Source: Victivallaceae bacterium (lineage in GTDB: Bacteria; Verrucomicrobiota; Lentisphaeria; Victivallales; Victivallaceae). Taken from it: a DNA stretch of 24,536 nt. Positions 8,153 to 16,335 of this stretch are shown piece by piece. Position numbers and translations under genes: made by a program. The notes under the pieces were generated by a model. The model saw nothing but the letters and a program-made list of their open reading frames with translations. It was not told where the DNA came from and searched no databases. The stretch is taken from NCBI GenBank assembly GCA_041668685.1, contig JBAYCO010000001.1, positions 1 to 24,536 on the forward strand, read 5' to 3'. Every line of letters starts with the position of its first letter. The first letter of the stretch is position 1.

Positions 8153-9304
8153 TTAATTTATTTCCGTTTTCGTTGTTTCTATGAACTTTCGCTCTTTTTC
8201 TATTTCGAGAGACAATTCTTCTTCGCTTGGCAGGAAATCCAGATACTTCGATGCAAAAATCTGTTTGCTTTCGTTCAACACGGAATATTTCGCCACGGTT
8301 TCACTTTTGCTTGAACATAAAATCAGACCCACTGTCGGGTTATCGCCTTCGACTTTAAAACGGTCTTCAAACAGACGAACATAACCGTCCATTTGCCCGA
8401 CATCCTGATGGGTGAGTTTCCCAAGCTTGAGATCAATAAGCAGGAAGCATTTCAGAATAAAATTGTAGAACACTAGATCAACATAAAAATCATCGTCATC
8501 AATTTTGATATGTTTCTGCCTGGCGACAAAAGAAAAACCTTTACCAAGTTCCAGAAGAAACGACTGCAGATTATCTATTATCGCCTGTTCGAGATGAGAT
8601 TCATGGAGTTTGGGATTATCCGGCAAATCCAGAAATTCGAGCACCATCGGGGATTTCAGAATATGAACAGGTGACAACCGTTCACCCGGAAGGCATTCAT
8701 GTTTGTCCGGAAGTAAACCGTTTTCTCCTTGATTGGCAATAATCCTTTCATAATATGACGTATGTATTTGGCGTTCCAGTTGGCTTTTGCTCCAGCCGCA
8801 TTCGGCAGCTTCGTGCTCATAGAATTTTCTGGCCTCTTCGTTTTTTACTCGCATTAATGCCCGGTAATGTGACCATGAAAGGTTTGAATTGAATCCAGTT
8901 GTGAATTCGCTACCCGACGGGTAGCATTTTGTAAGCGGAGCTAATTCTCGCTCTGGTGGGGCGAGTTTTTGAATATTTCCCAATTCGCTACCCGACGGGT
9001 AGCGAATTCCAGCCAACTTATCTGCATAAATCAAATAAAACTGTCTAAAATTTTTCAAATTAGGAACGGAAAAACCTGAACCATAGCGGCTATTCAATTT
9101 ATCTGAAAGTTCTTCTATAACCTGTTTCCCGTATTCCGCGCGTTCCTCACCACTCTGGATATTCTCAACAATTTCCCTGCCGATAAGCCAGTAGGCGATC
9201 ACCATATTTGAATTGACCGACCGAACCACATTGTTCCGTGCTTCTTCAAGGATGGATACTATCCGTTCAAAAAGATGAGTTGTTTTGGTTATATCACTTT
9301 TCAT
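8153..9304 (-). CDS. yhcG: YhcG / DUF1016 family PD-(D/E)XK nuclease-domain protein, 383 aa
   Basis: N-terminal VNSNMVIAYWLIGREIVE...YGKQVIEELS...GFS..NL..FRQFY; LSWSHYRALM; WSKSQLERQI; LEFL; FLLELGKGFSFVARQ; YVDLVFYN...LIDLK...DVGQMDGYV; VGLILC. Confidence 0.92.
   Translation of the reverse strand: MKSDITKTTHLFERIVSILEEARNNVVRSVNSNMVIAYWLIGREIVENIQSGEERAEYGKQVIEELSDKLNSRYGSGFSVPNLKNFRQFYLIYADKLAGIRYPSGSELGNIQKLAPPERELAPLTKCYPSGSEFTTGFNSNLSWSHYRALMRVKNEEARKFYEHEAAECGWSKSQLERQIHTSYYERIIANQGENGLLPDKHECLPGERLSPVHILKSPMVLEFLDLPDNPKLHESHLEQAIIDNLQSFLLELGKGFSFVARQKHIKIDDDDFYVDLVFYNFILKCFLLIDLKLGKLTHQDVGQMDGYVRLFEDRFKVEGDNPTVGLILCSSKSETVAKYSVLNESKQIFASKYLDFLPSEEELSLEIEKERKFIETTKTEIN
8904..9008. repeat. 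Three in-frame 39-bp-period units inside yhcG, each carrying a 27-bp (quasi-)palindrome
   Basis: Units start with AATTC at 8904, 8943 and 8982; palindrome centres at 8917, 8956 and 8995. 8982-9008 is a perfect AATTCGCTACCCG-a-CGGGTAGCGAATT. 8904-8925 equals 8982-9003 (22 bp). Confidence 0.9.
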
Positions 9305-9340
9305 TTTCTTAGCTCCGCTGATATGTCATAGAAGAAACTA

Positions 9341-9369
9341 AACATATATGGTTAGTAAGGTTTTCGCAA
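9341..9369 (-). promoter_or_regulatory. Candidate sigma70 promoter for yhcG
   Basis: Minus strand TTGCGA-N17-TATGTT, 36 bp upstream of the ATG; GGAG RBS present. Confidence 0.4.
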
Positions 9370-9409
9370 ATAAAATCGCCATATTTCATTAATAAAAATC
9401 CCACCTATT

Positions 9410-10696
9410 TTAGCCGGAAACTATTTCCAGTATCTGTCTTTCGGTATCCGTTAAAACTGCTTTGGTATTCAATATGCTGGAAATTTTCCGGATTTTTTCG
9501 CCGTCTGTTTCATGTAGTGTATTTTCTCCCTGCGGCAAGGCGTTGATCGCTTGTCTTGCCGCGCCTTCTCCGATATGGACATAATGCCGGGTAATGGCGG
9601 GACTGCCGTGTCCGACGATTGACTGGACTACCGGCATGGGAACTCCGGCTTTGGCGCAGAATGATACAAAGGAATGCCGGAATGAATGAAAACCGTAGAC
9701 GTTTGCCTTCCTTTTTCGACGTTGTCCGTTTTCAATTTCCTGATTAAGCTCCAAACCTACAAACTTAAACACCTTGGCAGTAGCAGCCGGAACTGAATAA
9801 TAATTTTCAAAATATCTTCTGGCTAAGTTAGGCATGACAAAATCATTGTTTTTCCATTCCAGAGCTGAAATCAGTTTTTCCCGCAAAAGCGGATGAATTG
9901 GGACATTAACCGTTCTTTTTATCCTTTTCGTCTTTTGAGGCATACAGAAAATGATGTTTCTTTCCAGATTGATATTTTCCCATTTCATTAATACACAGTC
10001 TATGAGCCGCAAACCTGTCCAAGCGCCAAGATGGAAGAGAACTTCCATTTCCTCTTTATCTTCCAGAATGAGATCGGAGTCTTTGAAGGAATTCAGGATT
10101 TCAATTACCTGAAGCTCTGAAAATTCTTTTCTTGAAAGTTTATTTTCTATTTTCCTGCCGATTGAATCGAAAGGATTGTCGTCCAGTCCGGCTTTTTTCT
10201 GCAAATGTTTGATTATTAGTTTTATCGCCTGAATATGGGTATTGAAAGTTTTGCCGGATATCCCTTTATTCCAAATATAGTCCGCGTATTCCACAGCGAT
10301 ATCCTCAGTAAGTCTTCCCAATTCCTGAATAGCAGGATAATTGACCGCTAGCCATTGTTTGAAGCGGGAAAAATATTGTCCATAGCGTTTTAAAGTTTCA
10401 GGGCCTGAATCCGGTCTGGTTGGAGTTTTAAGAAATAATTCCCATACCTGAGACAGCTTTATTGATTTTTTTGCTACGAGTTTCCTGGCTGTAGCGACAT
10501 TGAATATCACTTTTTCTTTTGTATCAGCGATAAGGGCCGGTTCCAGAATTTCTTTGGCTCTTTTCTGGGCTTCCGTTTCTATTCTTGTCTTTAAGGATTG
10601 AACAAAGCGTTTGCCATTAATATTGTATTGCAAATAAAATATCTTGCCGCGCTTGAAAATATGTCCCTTGCCTTTTGCCGTGCCCTTTTTTGCCAT
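9410..10696 (-). CDS. Tyrosine recombinase / phage-type integrase, 428 aa (start reassigned to MAKKG, ATG 10696)
   Basis: N-terminal arm-binding-like GKGHIFKRGKIFYLQYNINGKR. Catalytic motifs TGLR, HSFRH and IVGH...ITRHY (R, H-x-x-R, H, Y). GGGGA RBS. Confidence 0.95.
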   Translation of the reverse strand: MAKKGTAKGKGHIFKRGKIFYLQYNINGKRFVQSLKTRIETEAQKRAKEILEPALIADTKEKVIFNVATARKLVAKKSIKLSQVWELFLKTPTRPDSGPETLKRYGQYFSRFKQWLAVNYPAIQELGRLTEDIAVEYADYIWNKGISGKTFNTHIQAIKLIIKHLQKKAGLDDNPFDSIGRKIENKLSRKEFSELQVIEILNSFKDSDLILEDKEEMEVLFHLGAWTGLRLIDCVLMKWENINLERNIIFCMPQKTKRIKRTVNVPIHPLLREKLISALEWKNNDFVMPNLARRYFENYYSVPAATAKVFKFVGLELNQEIENGQRRKRKANVYGFHSFRHSFVSFCAKAGVPMPVVQSIVGHGSPAITRHYVHIGEGAARQAINALPQGENTLHETDGEKIRKISSILNTKAVLTDTERQILEIVSG

Positions 10697-10738
10697 GATG
10701 CGTTCCCCATATTTACGGTCATTGCTTTTCTGTTCTTT

Positions 10739-10767
10739 ATTATACAGGCAGAAAAAAGTAAAAGCAA
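10739..10767 (-). promoter_or_regulatory. Integrase promoter
   Basis: Minus strand TTGCTT (10767-10762), 17-bp spacer, TATAAT (10744-10739). Confidence 0.65.
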
Positions 10768-10782
10768 GCAAAAGGCATACAA
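10761..10782. promoter_or_regulatory. Candidate integrase arm-type binding sites (P arm)
   Basis: Tandem AAAGCAAGCAA (10761-10771) and AAGGCATACAA (10772-10782), matching the AAAGCATACAA units near attL at 9/11 and 10/11. Confidence 0.6.
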
Positions 10783-10805
10783 AATACTTAATTTTAGTTC
10801 AAAAT

Positions 10806-10856
10806 AAGTGGTTTTGGTCCACTTAGTCTAGGTTCGAATCCTGGCGGGGTTGCCAG
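10806..10856 (+). repeat. attR: duplicated 3' part of tRNA-Gln (51 bp)
   Basis: Identical to 7289-7339; lacks the acceptor 5' strand and the D arm. Confidence 0.95.
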
Positions 10857-10982
10857 TCTACTGATTTAGTCATAACAAAATCAAGATAGAATTTTTCTTT
10901 AAAAGTACGTGATTTTACTTATCGCGCTTGAGTTCCGGTTTTGTCATGTTCCGTGATTTCATGCACTCCTTGAACTGGAAAT

Positions 10983-11891
10983 CTACAGTTTAGCCAGCAC
11001 TGTATCCATGAGTTCCTTTTGGTGCTTCAGGTATTTGTCGAGAAGCCACAACGGGTATTCGCCGGAACTGTTCGCGCACTCGCCGATCAACGGATACGGG
11101 TAAGCAATGTCATTGAAAGCGCCGAAAATTTCTAGCCAGTTCATACGGCTCCATTGCGGCCGCAGCGAAAACGGCAGCATATGCATGTCATAAACGCCGT
11201 TATTTTCCTGAAGATGAGTCGCAATAAGCTTGTCCCCCGTCTTCCTTATTGCTGCGGCAATATCCCAGTTTTCGATATTTGCGTGTCCGGTATCAATACA
11301 GATGCCGAGCCGGGCATCAGCAACCATGGCAAGTAATTCCAGCAGATCTTCGATGCGGTTGCCGAACATGCTTGAGGCGTCGGGGGCTTCCATACATTTT
11401 CCGGGAAGATTTTCTATTGCCAGTTTCAGTTCCCCGGCGCCCGAATGCCGGGCGAGTCGCGCAAGAGAATCTGCGTTTTTTTCTTTTATGAACATTATAT
11501 CCCGGCTGGAGCAGAGATCGTTCCTACCGCCGGGATGAATAATCAGGGTTCCGGCCTGCAGTTCCCGGGCATAGTCTATCCAGGATTTGTAAACGTCGAG
11601 GTTTTTTATGCGCTGTTTTTCCGAGACACTGACAAGATCACAGCTTCCATATGGCCCGTGTACCTGCCATATTCGGATATTCAGGTCATCCGCGAGCCTT
11701 TTCAGCGCTCTGAGCCGATCTGTGTGTTTTTTCAGGCGCAGCGAGGGCGGGTTCAAAATATCCGGGGCCAATTGTCCGCCCGGAATTTCGACGTCCCTGA
11801 TTCCAGCTCGCGCGAGTAAAGGCAGGGCTTTTTCCAGCGGCGCCCCCGGACCATAGAAGTCTGTTACGATGCCGAATCTTAAATTATTCAT
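10983..11891 (-). CDS. Sugar phosphate isomerase/epimerase (xylose-isomerase-like / AP-endonuclease-2 TIM barrel)
   Basis: VEIPG, QVHGPY, IIHPG, LAIENL, CIDTGHAN, THLQENNGVYDMHMLP, IGEC metal-ligand pattern. ATG 11891 with GGGGAG RBS (alternative GTG at 11897). Confidence 0.82.
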   Translation of the reverse strand: MNNLRFGIVTDFYGPGAPLEKALPLLARAGIRDVEIPGGQLAPDILNPPSLRLKKHTDRLRALKRLADDLNIRIWQVHGPYGSCDLVSVSEKQRIKNLDVYKSWIDYARELQAGTLIIHPGGRNDLCSSRDIMFIKEKNADSLARLARHSGAGELKLAIENLPGKCMEAPDASSMFGNRIEDLLELLAMVADARLGICIDTGHANIENWDIAAAIRKTGDKLIATHLQENNGVYDMHMLPFSLRPQWSRMNWLEIFGAFNDIAYPYPLIGECANSSGEYPLWLLDKYLKHQKELMDTVLAKL

Positions 11892-11893
11892 GG

Positions 11894-13417
11894 TCACTCC
11901 CCGATGATAACATTTAACGTGGAAGCCCGTGGCCTCGGCAGCCGGACTTCGATTTTTTCGTAGTTCCAGCCGGGAAAGAACTTATCCGCGAAAGCTTTTA
12001 TTTCGGGCAGCATTTCCTTCTTTATCCGGGATTCAACCTGTTCCCGGCATTCGCCGAGTTCCCAAGGCTCGATTTTCAATTCTCGTTTTATCCAGTCGGT
12101 GATTTTTCTCCTTACCTTACCTTGATAGAGCCAGTCGTTGATAAACCTGGTCAGCAGAAAACGTTCTTTCTCATGTTCAATGAATTCCGCGGCTACGCCG
12201 TTTGCGCGTCCCGCAGCCTGGGCACAGACCTGCGCCGGCACGGTTCCGGTTGAATTGGCGGCGGTATTCCAGCCGGCATATCCCGACAAATCCCTTAGAT
12301 CCAGGCTGCTTGCGAGAAATGAGATCAGCAGATTGTCGCCGCCGTTCAAAAACGCGGCATCGATAAGCGCCACTTTACGGGCATTATTGAAATAATGCTG
12401 GATGGAGGAGGCAAAAGACCACAGATTCCGGTTCGGGATAGAATGTTGCCGGGTTCCGAGCCATAAGTCCTGATGCCGTTCCTCCGGGGTATGGATCATC
12501 AGGATACAGTCTGCTTCGTCGGGACAGCTTACGCTGACGCCGCCGGATACGGCGATATGGTTTCGGATGTTATCGTCCAGAAGCCGGTCCTCGCAGCAGC
12601 ATCTGAGGGTTGGGCCCGCGGCAGAGGAATATTGCAGGAAATATTTCGGCAGCAACGCATGCCGGAGATTCAGAAATCTGGCCGTGAGCAGTAATGTGGC
12701 TTCGTCCAGTCCGGTGATGATTCCGGTTTTGTCATAGTATCCGGCCATGGCTTCTATTAAGGTTTTCTGTTCCTGAAGCTGCAAGCCGGCGGCCGGCACG
12801 TCCGCCTGGGTAAACAACAGATAATCAAAGACATCTTCGGCTGCGGCTTTTACCAACTGAACGTTGACTTCCAGTTGTTGTTTCCGGATATGCTGGTATT
12901 CGGCCAAAATTTCCGCAGGTATTCCGGCCCGCAACGCGTCCAGTTGTTTTTTATCATTTTCCTGACATCCTGATTCACATTTGCCGCACAGTTCAAAATA
13001 TGTATAAAGATCTTGCGCGGTTTCCGCAGAAATTCCTTTGCGGATGAAATCCAGCGACGAAATCCCCTGTAGATTTTTGAATGCATATAGACAGCATTCA
13101 GGATTGCGGGCCTTGATGCCGGTAAATATTTTTAAGACTTTGCTGACGTCTTGACTGTCCACGGTTTTGTACATCCCGCTGATGCAGCCGCCATAGAGGA
13201 AAAGATCAAGCGGAACAATGATGCAGCCGGATTCACCGGCAACGGTTTCCAGCCATTCGGTCAAGGCGGCCGTATCAGCTTCAGTCCTGAGGTCGTCCCC
13301 AACAGCGGCGGCGGGCGGGTTTACGGCTGTCCAGCCGGCAATTGCGGTCAAAATGCCGGGATCGCTGGTGGAATAGGCCCGGTTATCCATTGGAATTATT
13401 GCTATTTGTCTAGTCAT
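11894..13417 (-). CDS. DUF4127 family protein (function unknown), 507 aa
   Basis: IIPMDNR N-terminus, LDLFLYGG, FDYLLFTQAD, GLDEATLLL, VALIDAAFLNGGD, YAGWNTAANSTGT, RFINDWLYQ. Confidence 0.78.
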   Translation of the reverse strand: MTRQIAIIPMDNRAYSTSDPGILTAIAGWTAVNPPAAAVGDDLRTEADTAALTEWLETVAGESGCIIVPLDLFLYGGCISGMYKTVDSQDVSKVLKIFTGIKARNPECCLYAFKNLQGISSLDFIRKGISAETAQDLYTYFELCGKCESGCQENDKKQLDALRAGIPAEILAEYQHIRKQQLEVNVQLVKAAAEDVFDYLLFTQADVPAAGLQLQEQKTLIEAMAGYYDKTGIITGLDEATLLLTARFLNLRHALLPKYFLQYSSAAGPTLRCCCEDRLLDDNIRNHIAVSGGVSVSCPDEADCILMIHTPEERHQDLWLGTRQHSIPNRNLWSFASSIQHYFNNARKVALIDAAFLNGGDNLLISFLASSLDLRDLSGYAGWNTAANSTGTVPAQVCAQAAGRANGVAAEFIEHEKERFLLTRFINDWLYQGKVRRKITDWIKRELKIEPWELGECREQVESRIKKEMLPEIKAFADKFFPGWNYEKIEVRLPRPRASTLNVIIGE

Positions 13418-13477
13418 TTTTCCGTTTTCCGTTTTTTAAAGTGATGATTGTTGGTTAGTCTGTTTATATTCTATACG

Positions 13478-14167
13478 TCAAGCCGGGACTTCCGCTTTCA
13501 TCGCTGCGGCGAATTTTGCCGCAATTTCCCTTGGACGAGTGATAGCCGTTCCCACCACTACCGCCCAGGCGCCGGCACGCAAGGCCCGTGCGGCCTCTTC
13601 CGGGGAATTCACCAACCCTTCGCATACTACGGGAACAGCGATATTGACGGCGAGCCGGGTTATCAATTTAAAATCCGGCGAAGCTATTCCGGCATTATAA
13701 GTTTTATAGCCGCTCAAGGTGCTTGCGACTATGGCGGCGCCGTATGCGGCAGCCTTTATACCCTCGGAAAAATTTGATACGTCAGCGAAAACCGGGACCT
13801 TCAGTTCGTTCGTAATTTTAAAGATCAGTTCTTCGAGCGGTTCTGTTCTAAAAGCGTTGGTGGCGTCCAGCGCGACTATATCCGCTCCGGCTTCAACAAG
13901 TTGTCGGGCACAGCGGAAATCCGGCGTGATGTAGGCCCGCGTTTCCGGGCTTTGGCGTTTCAGTATCCCGATCACGGGAATATTGACCGCTTGCCGTGTT
14001 GCCGCGATATCCGCGGCTCCGTTTATCCGGACAGCGCCGGCTCCCGCCAGTTCGGCGGATTTAGCCATTGCGGCCATAAATGCCGGACCATATAACGGTT
14101 CGCCGGGCGCGGCTTGACAGGAAACGATAAGCTTGTTCTTTAATCGTTTGACGGTTTCAGGTATCAT
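13478..14167 (-). CDS. nanE: N-acetylmannosamine-6-phosphate 2-epimerase
   Basis: LIVSCQAAPGEPL, MAAMAKSAELAGAGAVRING, IPVIGILK, YITP, GADIVALDAT, STLSGY, VVVGTAITRP. Confidence 0.93.
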   Translation of the reverse strand: MIPETVKRLKNKLIVSCQAAPGEPLYGPAFMAAMAKSAELAGAGAVRINGAADIAATRQAVNIPVIGILKRQSPETRAYITPDFRCARQLVEAGADIVALDATNAFRTEPLEELIFKITNELKVPVFADVSNFSEGIKAAAYGAAIVASTLSGYKTYNAGIASPDFKLITRLAVNIAVPVVCEGLVNSPEEAARALRAGAWAVVVGTAITRPREIAAKFAAAMKAEVPA

Positions 14168-14210
14168 ACATTGTCATATTAAATAGATGCTATTATTGTT
14201 TATATATTTT

Positions 14211-14238
14211 AATGTAATCATCATATGGTAATTGTCAA
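14211..14238 (-). promoter_or_regulatory. Candidate promoter for the nanE-DUF4127-isomerase operon
   Basis: Minus strand TTGACA-N16-TACATT. Confidence 0.5.
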
Positions 14239-14339
14239 CAGGTGTTATGAGCATTCGGTGAAAAAAATCGAAAATACTTTTATTGGTCTCGTTTTATTGC
14301 TTGAGAATTTAAAATTTTTCACTTTTAAGGCTTTTGGTG

Positions 14340-14376
14340 TTGACTTTTTGCATATAATGACTATAATATCATTATA
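14340..14376 (+). promoter_or_regulatory. Candidate promoter for the GntR gene with an overlapping palindromic operator
   Basis: TTGACT (14340-14345)-N16-TATAAT (14362-14367); perfect inverted repeat TATAATGA-N8-TCATTATA (14353-14376) straddles the -10 box. Confidence 0.55.
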
Positions 14377-14400
14377 ATAATAATTTTAACGGATATAAAA

Positions 14401-15489
14401 ATGAACGTTGCATATAAGAAAAAAAATAAAACCCAGGAAACAAAAGAAAAAATCCTGTCCTGGATCAGGCTGGGAGAGCTGAAAGACGGAGACTGCCTTT
14501 TACCGGAACCGCAACTCGCCAGAAAATTCGGTGTCAGCATTATTACTGTCAGGCGTGCCTTAAAAGAGCTTGAGCAGAATAATTCCATAAAACGGGTTCA
14601 AGGCAGAGGCACGTTTATTACCCATAAAACCGGTTCCGGCCCGCATCCCCGTTTCGTCAAGCTTTTGACCCCAATAGAAACCTCTCAAATTCCGCAGAAT
14701 AATTTTTTCCTTCGCGAAATAGTAAAAGGCGTAAAAGACGGTATGTACGATAGCCAGAATAATCTTGATCTATTATGCGACTTTTTTTATGACCGGGAAC
14801 CTCCAGTCCAGGAATACATTGCCGGGATTATCGGCCTGATGCTGCCGCCGGAAACCTGGTCGCAAATACTCAAAACAGCCCCTCCTGACATTCCCAAGAT
14901 AGCAATCCATTATGTGCCGGAATTTACCGACCTGAACATTTCCGGGATAAAAATAGACAATGTGCATGGCGGCTATATTGCAGTTAAACATTTGATAGAA
15001 CACGGACATAAAAATATTGGAATTCTTATTGCCGAAGATTCTCCCGACACGATGATAAGATACGAGGGGTACAAAAAAGCGCTGGAAATGTATAATATAT
15101 GCCATAACCGGGACTTGGTTGCGACATGCAAACTTAATGATGCCGATAGCATAAGTACAGTTCGCAACCTGATCGCGTCCAATCCGTCTATGACGGCTGT
15201 TTTTATGCCCGGTTATTATCTCGCGAAAAACGTTATTACCGCTATTGAAGCAGAAAGTTTGGAAATTCCACAGGATATATCGCTTGTGGGTTATGATGAT
15301 CTTGCTTCCGGCGATTTTGAAAAAAAGGGTATTACAACCGTCAAGCAGCCGTTGGAGGAAATGGGATGCCTGGCCGCGAATATGATGACGGGAATGCTTG
15401 AAGGAGGGAGCGTGTCAGTCAATTCTTTGACATTGCTCCGTCCTCAATTAATTGTTAGAAATTCCGTAAAAAAGCTGGAAGTTCAATAA
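14401..15489 (+). CDS. GntR-HTH / LacI-type sugar-binding hybrid regulator (AraR-like architecture)
   Basis: GntR w[24 protein letters not shown]...RVQGRGTFI; C-terminal [22 protein letters not shown]...[12 protein letters not shown]...TTVKQP. Confidence 0.9.
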   Translation: MNVAYKKKNKTQETKEKILSWIRLGELKDGDCLLPEPQLARKFGVSIITVRRALKELEQNNSIKRVQGRGTFITHKTGSGPHPRFVKLLTPIETSQIPQNNFFLREIVKGVKDGMYDSQNNLDLLCDFFYDREPPVQEYIAGIIGLMLPPETWSQILKTAPPDIPKIAIHYVPEFTDLNISGIKIDNVHGGYIAVKHLIEHGHKNIGILIAEDSPDTMIRYEGYKKALEMYNICHNRDLVATCKLNDADSISTVRNLIASNPSMTAVFMPGYYLAKNVITAIEAESLEIPQDISLVGYDDLASGDFEKKGITTVKQPLEEMGCLAANMMTGMLEGGSVSVNSLTLLRPQLIVRNSVKKLEVQ

Positions 15490-15548
15490 AACCTAAAATA
15501 AAAAAAGATAAAAATGAATTACAGGGAAATCCCCAAGGAGGTAATTCC

Positions 15549-16238
15549 ATGTCTGCAAGACTTAAAATGATCAGGTATCGGATATTCCGGCATCTACCCA
15601 GAAAAAATAACAGCATATTCACACTCATTGAACTCCTCGTAGTGATCGCTATCATTGCGATACTGGCGGCAATGCTGCTTCCCGCGCTGAATAAAGCGCG
15701 GAGCCGAGCTAAAAGAAGTATCTGCATGAATAATTTCAAACAGATCGGAGAGTTGCTGATAATGTATTCTCAAGATTACAACGGCAAAATTCCTCCTACA
15801 CCATATACCATAACCGGCAACACCAATTCCAAGGGCGACTGGATCTATGCTTCCGCTAAGAAGCTTGGCCTTGGCCTGCTGGTTCCGGCTTACCTTACTG
15901 ACGGCAAAATTTTTTATTGTCCGAGCACGGCGCCGTTATACCCGGATTATGACTATAATAATACGACATACGGTTTCAAAACGAAATTTGACAGCGGCAG
16001 CGGCAGTGACATATGTTTGACCAGTTCTCATTACCGGGACAGAATGGATAATTTTGATGTTTCAAAAAATCATAAATCGGCAATAGTTGCCGACCTTATC
16101 TGGAAAGTTCCCCAGATACATGACGGTATTAACGTTTTATATCTTGGTGGACATGTAAAATTCGTGGACGATTATACTTTTGGCGCCTGGCCCCCAGATG
16201 AAGCGGACTGGGTTCCTCTCGATAATAAATATCAATAA
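15549..16238 (+). CDS. Prepilin-type N-terminal cleavage/methylation protein (DUF1559-like) with a variant H-X8-GG motif, 229 aa
   Basis: AAGGAGG RBS; basic leader then [28 protein letters not shown]...CMNNFKQIG; FYCPS; C-terminal [13 protein letters not shown]. Confidence 0.88.
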   Translation: MSARLKMIRYRIFRHLPRKNNSIFTLIELLVVIAIIAILAAMLLPALNKARSRAKRSICMNNFKQIGELLIMYSQDYNGKIPPTPYTITGNTNSKGDWIYASAKKLGLGLLVPAYLTDGKIFYCPSTAPLYPDYDYNNTTYGFKTKFDSGSGSDICLTSSHYRDRMDNFDVSKNHKSAIVADLIWKVPQIHDGINVLYLGGHVKFVDDYTFGAWPPDEADWVPLDNKYQ

Positions 16239-16335
16239 GTGAACTTTTAAGCTTTAAGACACTCTGTGCCGGAGCAAGCGGCTTCTGTCACTGCTTATAA
16301 CAAACTAATAATATTAAATTAAAAAAGGAAACGAC

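Larger units (their letters stand above)
7289..10856. mobile_element. Minimal tRNA-Gln integrative element (predicted 3,517-bp circle): tyrosine integrase, YhcG/DUF1016 nuclease, XRE regulator
   Basis: Bounded by identical 51-bp repeats, with the integrase next to attR and candidate arm-type repeats near both ends. Sequence looks AT-richer than the rluD-lgt flank (judged by eye). Confidence 0.92.

Noticed and set aside
7483-8384. ORFs 7483-7722 (-), 7710-7943 (+), 8075-8314 (+) and 8181-8384 (+)
   Set aside because: They overlap xre or yhcG, show low-complexity F/L/S/R-rich shadow composition and have no recognisable motifs.
8904-9008. CRISPR array interpretation of the palindromic repeats in yhcG
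   Set aside because: Only three units, 12-bp spacers, in frame within an intact CDS, a divergent middle unit, and no cas genes or leader.
10697-10826. Integrase extension to 10771 and small ORFs 10591-10782, 10598-10807 and 10644-10826 as an excisionase
   Set aside because: They run through the int promoter, arm sites or attR, have no RBS and show no HTH or Xis-like pattern.
10806-10856. Second tRNA-Gln gene
   Set aside because: Lacks the acceptor 5' strand and D arm; it is the att duplication.
2507-16238. Diversity-generating retroelement acting on the pilin-like genes
   Set aside because: No reverse transcriptase and no TR/VR pair differing at adenines; similarity is limited to the conserved N-terminal helix codons.
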